A DNA stretch of 40,319 nt, from positions 1 through 40,319 of the forward strand of contig JBBFKZ010000015.1 in the NCBI GenBank assembly GCA_037481775.1. The letters run 5' to 3'. The DNA comes from Candidatus Bathyarchaeia archaeon (lineage in GTDB: Archaea > Thermoproteota > Bathyarchaeia > Bathyarchaeales > Bathycorpusculaceae). Under the pieces are notes generated by a model. It was not told the origin of the DNA and did no database searches. It saw nothing but the letters and a program-made list of their open reading frames with translations. Each line of letters opens with the position of its first letter. Position 1 is the stretch's first letter. Both the position numbers and the translations under genes were made by a program. Shown piece after piece: positions 19,974 to 28,316 of this stretch.

Positions 19974-20882
19974 ATGGAAGAAGCACCGAGAAAAGATGAT
20001 GTGGAATATTGGCGATGGCAGGAGTACCGTAGGGTTTTCTCGGAAAAGAAATGGCGAAACAAGGATATAATCACAGCAGGCATTGACGTCGGCTCAGTCG
20101 GCTCCAAAGCAGCTATAATGATTGACGGCGATGTCTACTCTTGGGGTGTAATGCGCACTGGCTCAAACAGTCCTGACAGCGCCAAAAAAGTGCTTAGCTG
20201 GGCTATGGAGGGCACCGGCCTGCGGCTTGATGACATTAAATACATAGTTGGCACAGGCTACGGCCGTGTCAACGTGCCTATGGCTAATAAGGCTATCACG
20301 GAAATTGCCTGTCATGCAAAAGGTGCGAACTACATCTGGGGGCCCAGCGTCCGAACTGTGCTGGACGTCGGCGGTCAAGACATAAAGGCCATTCGCTGCG
20401 ATGAAACAGGTAGAGTTGTCTCGTTCTTGATGAACGACAAGTGCGCGGCGGGCACGGGCAGAGGCATGGAAGTTTTCGCTGACTTGCTGAAAATCCCTAT
20501 TGAAAAGATAGGTGAAGTCTCGCTGAATGTGGAGGAGGAGCCGCCGCCTGTGAGTTGCACATGCGTGGCTTTCGCGAAAACTGAAGCCATGAGCCTACTG
20601 CGCAAGGGCTGGTCTAAAGAGAAAGTGTTAGCCGCTTATACACATGCGATGGCTATACGGATGAGCAATCTTGTCAAGCGTGTCGGCCTTGAAAGAGAGT
20701 TCGTAATCACTGGAGGGCAATCAAAAAACATCGGCATAGTCTCGAGGATAGAAAAGATACTTGGCGTCAAATGCCTTCCAATGCCTAATTGGCGGGAAAA
20801 CGGTTTGGATCCCATGATTGCCGGAGCCATCGGCGCTGCGCTGTTCGCTAAAGCGCTTTACGAGAAAGAACAGAAAAGCTGA
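19974..20882 (+). CDS. ATP-dependent electron-activating subunit, BzdQ-like (BcrAD/BadFG/HgdC family)
   Basis: N-terminal EYWRWQE extension, GIDVGSV, MRTGSNSPDSA, GTGYGR, TEIACHAKG, DVGGQD, MNDKCAAGTGRG. Confidence 0.85.
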   Translation: MEEAPRKDDVEYWRWQEYRRVFSEKKWRNKDIITAGIDVGSVGSKAAIMIDGDVYSWGVMRTGSNSPDSAKKVLSWAMEGTGLRLDDIKYIVGTGYGRVNVPMANKAITEIACHAKGANYIWGPSVRTVLDVGGQDIKAIRCDETGRVVSFLMNDKCAAGTGRGMEVFADLLKIPIEKIGEVSLNVEEEPPPVSCTCVAFAKTEAMSLLRKGWSKEKVLAAYTHAMAIRMSNLVKRVGLEREFVITGGQSKNIGIVSRIEKILGVKCLPMPNWRENGLDPMIAGAIGAALFAKALYEKEQKS

Positions 20883-20893
20883 GGTGACGGGCT

Positions 20894-21181
20894 TTTATCA
20901 CGCATTATGGTTACAGCGACGGCTCAGGCGAATATTATATTGTCATTGACTCTGACAAGTGTAGTGGTTGTGGTGATTGCGTGAAGGCTTGTCCGCAATC
21001 TGCCCTTGAACTGGCAACAATGCTGATTGACTTGGAGGACAAGACTGTGGCGGCGGTGACAGAGGAGCATCGGAGAAAGATAAAGTACACGTGCTCTCCA
21101 TGCAAGCCTGAGAGCGGAAAGGCGCCGTGCGTGTTAGCTTGTGCACAAGACGCGATTAAGTGCGTTTGGACTCCTCATTAA
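20894..21181 (+). CDS. 2[4Fe-4S] ferredoxin, BzdM-like; start codon unclear
   Basis: Frame extends upstream of the track ORF: (F)ITHYGYSDGSGEYYIVIDSDKCSGCGDCVKACP...KYTCSPCKP...CVLAC. GAGGTGA at 20881-20887. Confidence 0.85.
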   Translation, partial: FITHYGYSDGSGEYYIVIDSDKCSGCGDCVKACPQSALELATMLIDLEDKTVAAVTEEHRRKIKYTCSPCKPESGKAPCVLACAQDAIKCVWTPH

Positions 21182-21251
21182 AAGGATATGCATTGTTTAA
21201 ATTTAGAATGTATCTGCTCAGGAGCAGCTTTAGAGGTTGGATTGAATCAGA

Positions 21252-21758
21252 ATGGGAATTGCACTCGAACCAAAGAAACCATTAACTCCGAAGAAAGAAA
21301 TTTTTATTTCGCATGGGAAAGACACGAAACCTTTGAACGAATTGAAGGCTATGCTTATTGATTTTGGGCTGACGCCAGTTGTTCTTAGCGAGCAGCCTAG
21401 TGGGGGCAAAACGGTGATGGAGAAGCTTGAGGCTTACTCGGATGTTGGTTACGCGTTTGTTATTCTAACGCCAGACGATTTGGGTGGTTTTGTTGAGATG
21501 GGCAGCAAATGGTCAAGACCGGCAAGGCTCAGAAGGTTCTTGAAAACCGCTTATCCTCGCCCGCGACAGAACGTGGTTCTTGAGTTTGGGTATTTTGTCG
21601 GAAAACTTGGGCGTAGCAGAGTTTGTTGCTTGTTGAAAAAACCAGTTGAGCAGCCTTCTGACATGCAGGGCATTGTGTACTTAAGCTTCAAGGAGTCATT
21701 GGAAGAGATAAAAACTGGCATAATAAAGGAGCTTAAGGCAGCAGGCTACGAAATTTAA
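21252..21758 (+). CDS. Standalone TIR-like nucleotide-binding domain protein (CAP12/Pycsar-effector TIR family)
   Basis: IFISHGKD, EQPSGGKTVMEKLE, AFVILTPDD, RPRQNVVLEFGYF, PSDMQG. Confidence 0.88.
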   Translation: MGIALEPKKPLTPKKEIFISHGKDTKPLNELKAMLIDFGLTPVVLSEQPSGGKTVMEKLEAYSDVGYAFVILTPDDLGGFVEMGSKWSRPARLRRFLKTAYPRPRQNVVLEFGYFVGKLGRSRVCCLLKKPVEQPSDMQGIVYLSFKESLEEIKTGIIKELKAAGYEI

Positions 21759-22225
21759 GCAGAAGTGGCACTCAGATAGGCCGTTTTATCTGCATGCGCT
21801 ACATGTTTAGCTGGACTTTTTCATAAGTGCTGTTACATATTCAAAGATAGGTGGGCTCGGGGCTCTTTTTATCAGTTTTTCGCAGAAACAGCATTATCGC
21901 CGTATTAGTGTAGTATTGTAGGCGTTGAACGCCGTGTACATAGTGTGTCGTTAGATTATCGAATTCTTTTCGTTTTATTTCGATTATGTGCTATTTTACC
22001 ATCATATATTTAGATACAAATCGAACCAAAGAGCGCAGCTCGCAGCCTTCGTAATTTAGGGCTATCAAATTTGTTTTCTGTTTGTGTAGCTGGTGTAGTA
22101 GAAGCGTTGTGCATATTGGGAATACGTATGGTTATTGCTTTACTTGGATATGTTTTGAGAATTCGCTACGTTTATTTACGGTAAGCCTATATTGAATAGG
22201 CTGAAAATGAGAAGGGGCGCAACTG

Positions 22226-22777
22226 ATGTCCAAGAAGCCGCAATCCAAAGACGAAGCGTTAGAAGCGTTAGACTTTATAGTGAACGTACTCAAGGAACAT
22301 GAGAAGGACTTGGATAAGCTGATAAATGAGTTGGGCACGGTTGCATCATCGCTGGGTGAAACAGGGGAATTAAGCTCAAAGGTAGAGAAGATAGAGGAGA
22401 GAATAAACGGCTTACAAAACGAGATAAATAGTTTAATTAACTATTTGTCAACTTCTCCTCGTGAGGCGCCTGCGCCTTCTACTGCGCAAAAGCCTGCGGC
22501 GCCGGAAGCGCAGGTGTCTGTTATGCATGGTCCGCCTGTGATTTTGAGGTGTAAGCAGTGGGAGGATTTTCAGACTTTGGCTTGTCAGGCGCAGACCGTG
22601 TCTTTTATGGTTAAGGAAGCGGAGAAGACTTTTCAGGTTGATGCGCTTAAGGGTAACCAGATTGTTACGTATAGTGGCGAGTTTCCCAAGTTTGGGTCTC
22701 TTTTGAAGATGTGGTTGTCTAAGCAGTTGGATGTTTCTGAGCAGAAGATTTTGGAAGGCGTTTTGGCTATAGGTTAG
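22226..22777 (+). CDS. Hypothetical protein: N-terminal coiled coil, Pro/Ala linker, small C-terminal alpha/beta domain
   Basis: 183-aa ORF, heptad pattern over roughly residues 20-75, purine-rich ribosome-binding site upstream. Confidence 0.8.
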   Translation: MSKKPQSKDEALEALDFIVNVLKEHEKDLDKLINELGTVASSLGETGELSSKVEKIEERINGLQNEINSLINYLSTSPREAPAPSTAQKPAAPEAQVSVMHGPPVILRCKQWEDFQTLACQAQTVSFMVKEAEKTFQVDALKGNQIVTYSGEFPKFGSLLKMWLSKQLDVSEQKILEGVLAIG

Positions 22778-23017
22778 GCTTGTAGCTTATAGTTTATTTA
22801 TGATGCATAATGCTTTTATAAGCGTATAATATCTTAAGTCTTATGATGCAATTTGGAGGGCTAATAGAGGTTGAAGGCTAAACCAACAAGCCAACAGAAT
22901 TTTTTCCGTTCTCGAAGCCTTCTCCTTTCTCCTCGATGACGGATTGGCAGTTGGACAGCCAACAAACAATGACAACGCCCTCCAACCCGCATCGAACAAA
23001 CAAAAAGGCTGAAACCA

Positions 23018-23164
23018 ATGGATAAAGAAAAAACACTACAACGCGAATTCAGCGAAGCACTAATAAAATTCGAAAAAACAATGGAAGACCTATACCTACT
23101 CCAATACGTCTCAAAAGATCTGAAAAACTACAAAAAAATGATCAAACTAAAAAAATACGACTAA
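23018..23164 (+). CDS. Possible 48-aa Lys-rich small protein
   Basis: ATG...TAA: MDKEKTLQREFSEALIKFEKTMEDLYLLQYVSKDLKNYKKMIKLKKYD; below the ORF-track cutoff; looks helical. Confidence 0.45.
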   Translation: MDKEKTLQREFSEALIKFEKTMEDLYLLQYVSKDLKNYKKMIKLKKYD

Positions 23165-23316
23165 AAGCTCCCTCGCTCAAAGCCCACTTCCGCACACGAT
23201 AAACACATAATTAACACCCCGTGACTTTTAAAAGTCGAAAACCATTACGCTATCTAACAAAGCGGCTAACCCTTATAAGTTCTCAGACAAAATAAGCATG
23301 TCGAGGAAAATCTCGA

Positions 23317-24264
23317 ATGAACTTCGCCATTGAAACCATAGGCTTAACCAAAAGATATGGTTCACTAACCGCCGTAAATAAGCTAAACTTAAAAGTTAAG
23401 CGAAACACAATCCACGGTTTTCTCGGCCCCAACGGCGCTGGAAAAACCACAACCATAAAAATTCTCGTAGGCCTATTAAAACCAAACGAGGGCACAGTTA
23501 AAGTTCTCGGGCAGGAGGTACACGGCGACCAAGCAGACGCCCGATTAAGCATCGGCTATATGCCCGAGCTGCCCAAGTTTCCAAAGCATTTGAAGGGGTC
23601 TGAACTCTTAGACATTTATGGCGAAATGTATGGCCTGACTAAGCAGGAACGCAGAGAGCAAATCCCCAAACTGGTGGAACTCGTGGGGCTTAAAGGAAGA
23701 GAAAACGACCCGATAGGGAAATACAGTAAAGGTATGCAGCAACGAATAGGCATAGCGCAAGCGTTGCTAAATAACCCTGAACTCGTCATTTTAGACGAGC
23801 CCAGTCTCGGTTTAGACCCCCTCGGCATGGTGGAAGTAAGAGAACTTGTTAAAGCCATCGCTAAAGAAGACAGAACTGTTTTTCTTTCTTCACATCTGCT
23901 GTTTGAGGTTGAACAAGTCTGCACACATGTTACCATAATCAACCGCGGAGAAGCCTTAATCTCCGATACACTGCAGAACGTATTAAGCAAACTTTCGGGA
24001 CCCGCCACCTTACATGTGGAAGTAACTACGCTCTCTGAAGCAATTGTTAAGGCGGTAAAGAAGTTGCCCTTCGTCGCCGATGTGACACAGAACGATAACG
24101 CTTTAAGCATAGACTTGAAAACACTTGATGATGTACGACCGCAAGTTTCTCAAGCCATAACACAAGCCGGCGGCATCATAGTTTCCATGAATCTGCAGCG
24201 GCAGAATCTGGAGAGTGCCTTTATGAAACTTATCAGCAAGCAGCAAGGAGACGAAGCCCAATGA
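23317..24264 (+). CDS. ABC-2 type exporter ATP-binding subunit
   Basis: GPNGAGKTT, YSKGMQQR, ILDEP, SSH. Confidence 0.95.
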   Translation: MNFAIETIGLTKRYGSLTAVNKLNLKVKRNTIHGFLGPNGAGKTTTIKILVGLLKPNEGTVKVLGQEVHGDQADARLSIGYMPELPKFPKHLKGSELLDIYGEMYGLTKQERREQIPKLVELVGLKGRENDPIGKYSKGMQQRIGIAQALLNNPELVILDEPSLGLDPLGMVEVRELVKAIAKEDRTVFLSSHLLFEVEQVCTHVTIINRGEALISDTLQNVLSKLSGPATLHVEVTTLSEAIVKAVKKLPFVADVTQNDNALSIDLKTLDDVRPQVSQAITQAGGIIVSMNLQRQNLESAFMKLISKQQGDEAQ

Positions 24265-25232
24265 ACGCAAGTACACAAACGGCGAATAGAGCAAGCCCAA
24301 GCTGGTGGACTCGTTTCTGGGCAGTTGTGAAATACGAGATGTTGTGGAATATTCGAAAGAAAAAGTTCATAGGCCTAGTCATCGCCGCGTTTGCCTTAGT
24401 CACCGTGCAGTTGGCGTTGCCTGCCATTTTTGGCGTTGAGCAGAATCCAGATTTTGCAGCTACCTTTAGCGCTGGAAACCTTCTATTCTTTCTTTTCGCA
24501 ATCGTAACCGTCATGAACAGCATCTCAGGCGAATTTGAAAGCGGCACAATCGTCCCGTTGCTAACAAAACCCGTCTCCCGAACAATGGTTTTCCTTGGCA
24601 AACTATGCGCTGCTTTCATTATCCTCATGGTAACGTACGCAGTGCTTTTCACATACTCCACAATTGGCGGAATAATCGTGTACGGGCCACAAGAAAACCT
24701 TCACATGGTACCTCTCGCACTTATAGGAAACGTTATCAGTACCTTCATCTGGATTGCAATAGTTTTAGCCGCCGGCGCCATCTCAAAAAACTCCTTAATT
24801 GCTGCGCTCAGCGCCTTCAGCCTGTTCATCGCGTTTGGCTTCGCAACAGCAATTGTCTCCACCTTCTCTAACCAACCTGAAATACTCAATTATATCCCGG
24901 GAAGCGGCGTAACTGGAACACTGAATGTGCCCTCAAGAGGCGCAAACATTACAATCCAGAATATTACTCTATCATCAAATTCAATATCCACAGGCACGGA
25001 CAGCATAGGCTACAACCTTGTTAACTATGCGCTCTATCCATCAGCAACGGTTAACGTCACCAGAATGGACGTGTTCTCAACCAAGCCTGGGCAGCCCCCT
25101 CAAATAAGGCATCTCTACACGGAGCCACTTAGCCTTGTTGTAGCAAGATCTATAGCAGTAGCGTTTGCGTACATTTCTGTGTTTTTGTTTGTAGCGTGGT
25201 ACGCATTTAAACGGGCGCAAATACTAGAGTAA
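24261..25232 (+). CDS. ABC-2 type exporter permease
   Basis: SISGEFESGTIVPLLTKPVSR...FLGK motif, about 6 TM, ATGA overlap with the ATPase gene. Confidence 0.92.
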   Translation: MNASTQTANRASPSWWTRFWAVVKYEMLWNIRKKKFIGLVIAAFALVTVQLALPAIFGVEQNPDFAATFSAGNLLFFLFAIVTVMNSISGEFESGTIVPLLTKPVSRTMVFLGKLCAAFIILMVTYAVLFTYSTIGGIIVYGPQENLHMVPLALIGNVISTFIWIAIVLAAGAISKNSLIAALSAFSLFIAFGFATAIVSTFSNQPEILNYIPGSGVTGTLNVPSRGANITIQNITLSSNSISTGTDSIGYNLVNYALYPSATVNVTRMDVFSTKPGQPPQIRHLYTEPLSLVVARSIAVAFAYISVFLFVAWYAFKRAQILE

Positions 25233-25342
25233 CTCTTCATCTTCAATGGCGTGTGTGTCGATTATTTCACCCGTTAGGCTTTATTTTTTGCCGAAAGGTT
25301 GAAGTGTTTTGAAGCCTTCATCTTTTGTGGAGGGGGGATTTT

Positions 25343-25543
25343 ATGGTTGTGAAAATAATCGAGTTAATTGGAAGCTCACCAAATGGCTGGATGGAGGCAG
25401 CTCAAAATGCTGTTGACGAAGCAGCTAAAACTGTCAGGAACATCAAGAGCATTCATGTAAAGCGTTGCACCGCAAAAGTTGAAAAGAACAAGATTGTGGA
25501 GTACCGCGCGGTTGTGAAAATCGCGTTTGTTGTAATAAGATGA
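25343..25543 (+). CDS. Dodecin (flavin-binding) family protein
   Basis: MVVKIIELIGSSPNGWMEAAQNAV...IVEYRAVVKIAF; GGAGG upstream of ATG 25343. Confidence 0.92.
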   Translation: MVVKIIELIGSSPNGWMEAAQNAVDEAAKTVRNIKSIHVKRCTAKVEKNKIVEYRAVVKIAFVVIR

Positions 25544-25613
25544 AAGCAATACGCGATGGTGCTTGTTTAGTCGCCTTCTGATAAATTGTTTGACTCTGTA
25601 AGTTGCTTGCTCA

Positions 25614-25973
25614 TTATTCAATATTTTCGCGGCTGGTTAATTGCTTCGCCAGGGCCTCAAAGAATAGTTCAATGCGGCGCTGGGTTCGTCCAAAATCAAC
25701 TATCGAGGTGATTGTGGTAACGGGAGTTTCCGCTGTAACCGTGACTCTCGTAGTTTTCTCGTCAACAGCTATGGCAGCTATTAGAAGGAATGATGCGTAT
25801 GACATGAAACTTGCTCTAGTCTTTGCTTTGACATGATAAGTCGCTTCATCAATTTCGTCCACAATCCAGTCCAAGCTGGCGAGCGCCTTTGGAACAGCCG
25901 CCCAAACCTTGCTTAATGGATAGTCTACTTCAACGGTTTCCTTCTCTTTCCGCAAATAAGCCACTTTCGCCAC
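25614..25973 (-). CDS. Hypothetical alpha/beta protein
   Basis: 119-aa ORF, GTG start with GGCGGA upstream; helix-sheet-helix pattern. Confidence 0.65.
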   Translation of the reverse strand: MAKVAYLRKEKETVEVDYPLSKVWAAVPKALASLDWIVDEIDEATYHVKAKTRASFMSYASFLLIAAIAVDEKTTRVTVTAETPVTTITSIVDFGRTQRRIELFFEALAKQLTSRENIE

Positions 25974-26113
25974 TCCGCCTTCTTTGGAAGATTCTGCTTG
26001 TTTAAGAACCTTCCTTTGCCGAATTGATTCTGTTCCATGGTTATTTTCTTTGAGGTAAAGACAAAACTTTTATTCGGAAAAATAGTCAGCAAAGCAGAGA
26101 AGTGTGTTTAGGC

Positions 26114-26314
26114 ATGAACTGCGAATACTGTGGCAAGCCTATAAAAGAGTTTCAACTGTTCATCTTAGTGGGAAAATACCCAACACGGGGTCAAATGTGG
26201 AAATGGTCAGAAGCCAGCTATTATGTTGCACCCGAAAGCTATGGAAAAATTTACCATAAAGATTGCTTTCTAGAAGCGCTTAACAAAGAAAAAGCAAAGT
26301 TAGAAGTAACTTAA
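26114..26314 (+). CDS. Small putative zinc-finger protein (CxxC...HxxC)
   Basis: MNCEYCGKPI...YHKDCF; start placed at ATG 26114. Confidence 0.7.
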   Translation: MNCEYCGKPIKEFQLFILVGKYPTRGQMWKWSEASYYVAPESYGKIYHKDCFLEALNKEKAKLEVT

Positions 26315-26488
26315 AAGCGTTCTAGTTAGTTATCAAAATAAGCAGCAATTTACCGATCAGGATTTTTTGCATTAAATTTAATTAGGAATATCTGCTTATG
26401 ACGTGCGCTCGCTATGCCCGCATTTTTTTAGATTTAATAGGCAAGTTTATATTTTAAATAAAAAATAATATTGATGCGGTGGTTTTAA

Positions 26489-26893
26489 ATGACAAAGATT
26501 GAGGATATAGAAGGAATAGGCGCAGCTTATGCTAAGAAACTTATTGCCGCTGGAATCAAAACAACAGATAATCTTCTCGAGGCTGCTGCAACACCTGCTG
26601 GAAGGAAAAACCTCGCTGAAAAGACTGGAATTTCAGAAAAAATGATTCTTGAATGGGTTAACCTAGCTGATCTATTTAGAATTAAAGGCATAGGCGAGGA
26701 ATATTCTGACCTCCTTGAAGAGGCGGGTGTGGACTCCGTGGTTGAGCTTGCAAAGAGGGATCCTGAGAACTTGCATGCTAAGATGGCTGAAGTAAATGCA
26801 AAGGAAAAACTTGTTCGACGATTACCCACATTAAATGAAGTCAAAGATTGGATTGAGCAAGCGAAGAAACTTCCAAAAAAGGTTGAACACTAA
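26489..26893 (+). CDS. DUF4332 helix-hairpin-helix protein
   Basis: IEDIEGIG, WVNLADLFRIKGIGEEYSDLLEEAGVDSVVELA, LVRRLP. Confidence 0.9.
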   Translation: MTKIEDIEGIGAAYAKKLIAAGIKTTDNLLEAAATPAGRKNLAEKTGISEKMILEWVNLADLFRIKGIGEEYSDLLEEAGVDSVVELAKRDPENLHAKMAEVNAKEKLVRRLPTLNEVKDWIEQAKKLPKKVEH

Positions 26894-27010
26894 AAAAGAG
26901 TGCTCACTTCTTCCTTTTTTCTATTTTATACAGAAATTTCAAGAGCGAATACATCGAAAAGAGTATGGGATCACACTAAACGAGAAGCGTGTTCTACGAA
27001 TCGTTGCTAT

Positions 27011-27397
27011 TTAAAGTATTGTGACTTTGACTTCTAATATTTGCTTGTTAGCTTTCAAGGCTTGAATAAGTGACTGAAGTGTCTGCGCATTTTCTCTAGC
27101 TACGAGTATTTCTATGCAGGAATCTGCTTCAACATGGGTATGGAGAAAAGTTAGTACTGCGTTACTATAGTTGTGTTGAAGATCGGTTATTTGGCTTCTT
27201 TTGGCTTCTCGACGATAAATGATTGTGATCACAACGGTAATTTTTCCTTGAAGTTCATCGAGTTTTCTGCTTTCCGACATGTAAGCTCGTAATGCCTGTC
27301 TTATGACTTCGGAGCGGTTTGCGAAGCCTTGCTGTTGGATGTACTCGTCGACCTTGTCTAGCAAAGTTTTTGGAAGAGATAGACTTATGATGCTCAT
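27011..27397 (-). CDS. nikR: NikR-family (ribbon-helix-helix + ACT-like) metalloregulator
   Basis: IISLSLP...GFANRSEVIR; metal ligands QH...LHTH...C retained. Confidence 0.82.
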   Translation of the reverse strand: MSIISLSLPKTLLDKVDEYIQQQGFANRSEVIRQALRAYMSESRKLDELQGKITVVITIIYRREAKRSQITDLQHNYSNAVLTFLHTHVEADSCIEILVARENAQTLQSLIQALKANKQILEVKVTIL

Positions 27398-27435
27398 ACA
27401 GACTTATTAAGAATAAGCTGGCAAATATATAAGAT

Positions 27436-27465
27436 TTTATTAAGAAATAGGAAAAAATTAATAAA
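27436..27465. promoter_or_regulatory. Inverted repeat TTTATTAA-N14-TTAATAAA, candidate NikR operator
   Basis: Perfect 8-bp arms in the 102-bp divergent nikR/ZIP spacer; the core is TATTA-N16-TAATA. Confidence 0.55.
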
Positions 27466-27499
27466 TTTAGTTCACCCCAGATTATTAAAGGTACTCTTC

Positions 27500-28249
27500 A
27501 TGCTCGTCGAGACACTTGCTTTGCTCAGCGTTGTCTTTGTAAGTTTAGTTTCTCTAGTTGGCATGTTAGCTCTGATGTTAAATGACAAACACCTTGCAAA
27601 AATACTACTATACCTAGTCAGCTTCGCAGCTGGAAGCCTATTCGGCGACGCCTTTATTCACCTAATTCCCGAAGCAATTGAAAACACAAGCCCTGGAGTG
27701 TTAGTATCCGCACTCATTATTTTCGGTATAATTGCCTCGTTTGCAGTGGAGCGATTTCTTCAATGGAGACACTGCCATATACCGACCTCAGATGAGCATC
27801 CTCACTCTTTTGCGTACATGAACCTGTTCGGCGACGCTGTCCACAACTTTATTGATGGCATGATAATCGGCGGTAGCTACATGGTAAGCATCCCAATCGG
27901 CGTAGCTTCAACACTTGCCGTGATTTTTCATGAAATCCCCCAAGAGATCGGCGACTTCGGCGTTCTAATATATGGCGGCTTCAGCAAGAAGCGAGCAATT
28001 TGGCTTAATTTTTTAACTGCCCTAACAGCAATTGCCGGCGCTTTGTTAGTAATACTTTTAAGCTCCGTCTTAAAGCATTCTATTTCTCTGTTAATACCGT
28101 TTGCAGCAGGCAACTTCATCTACATCGCCGGTTCCGATTTGATTCCTGAGCTTCGCAAAGACACGCCTGCCCCTAAGAAAGCCGCACTGCAAATGATCTC
28201 AATTGTTCTAGGCGTTATCGTAATGGCACTATTACTTCTGCTAGAGTAA
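27500..28249 (+). CDS. ZIP family divalent metal transporter
   Basis: AFIHLIPE, WRHCH, GDAVHNFIDG, FHEIPQEIGDF, YIAGSDLIPE. Confidence 0.94.
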   Translation: MLVETLALLSVVFVSLVSLVGMLALMLNDKHLAKILLYLVSFAAGSLFGDAFIHLIPEAIENTSPGVLVSALIIFGIIASFAVERFLQWRHCHIPTSDEHPHSFAYMNLFGDAVHNFIDGMIIGGSYMVSIPIGVASTLAVIFHEIPQEIGDFGVLIYGGFSKKRAIWLNFLTALTAIAGALLVILLSSVLKHSISLLIPFAAGNFIYIAGSDLIPELRKDTPAPKKAALQMISIVLGVIVMALLLLLE

Positions 28250-28316
28250 GCGGCGCACACTCGCAATTTAAAAATGCGTAGCTCACTTTGCAGAATCCGC
28301 GCCGAAAAATATACAA

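Noticed and set aside
17835-20882. Canonical benzoyl-CoA reductase call
   Set aside because: Only one catalytic-type subunit, with six Cys, and no aromatic-degradation neighbours, so gene symbols were withheld.
22800-22830. dif/Xer-like site GCATAA-TGCTT-TTATA
   Set aside because: The spacer is 5 nt rather than 6 and the arms are poorly symmetric.
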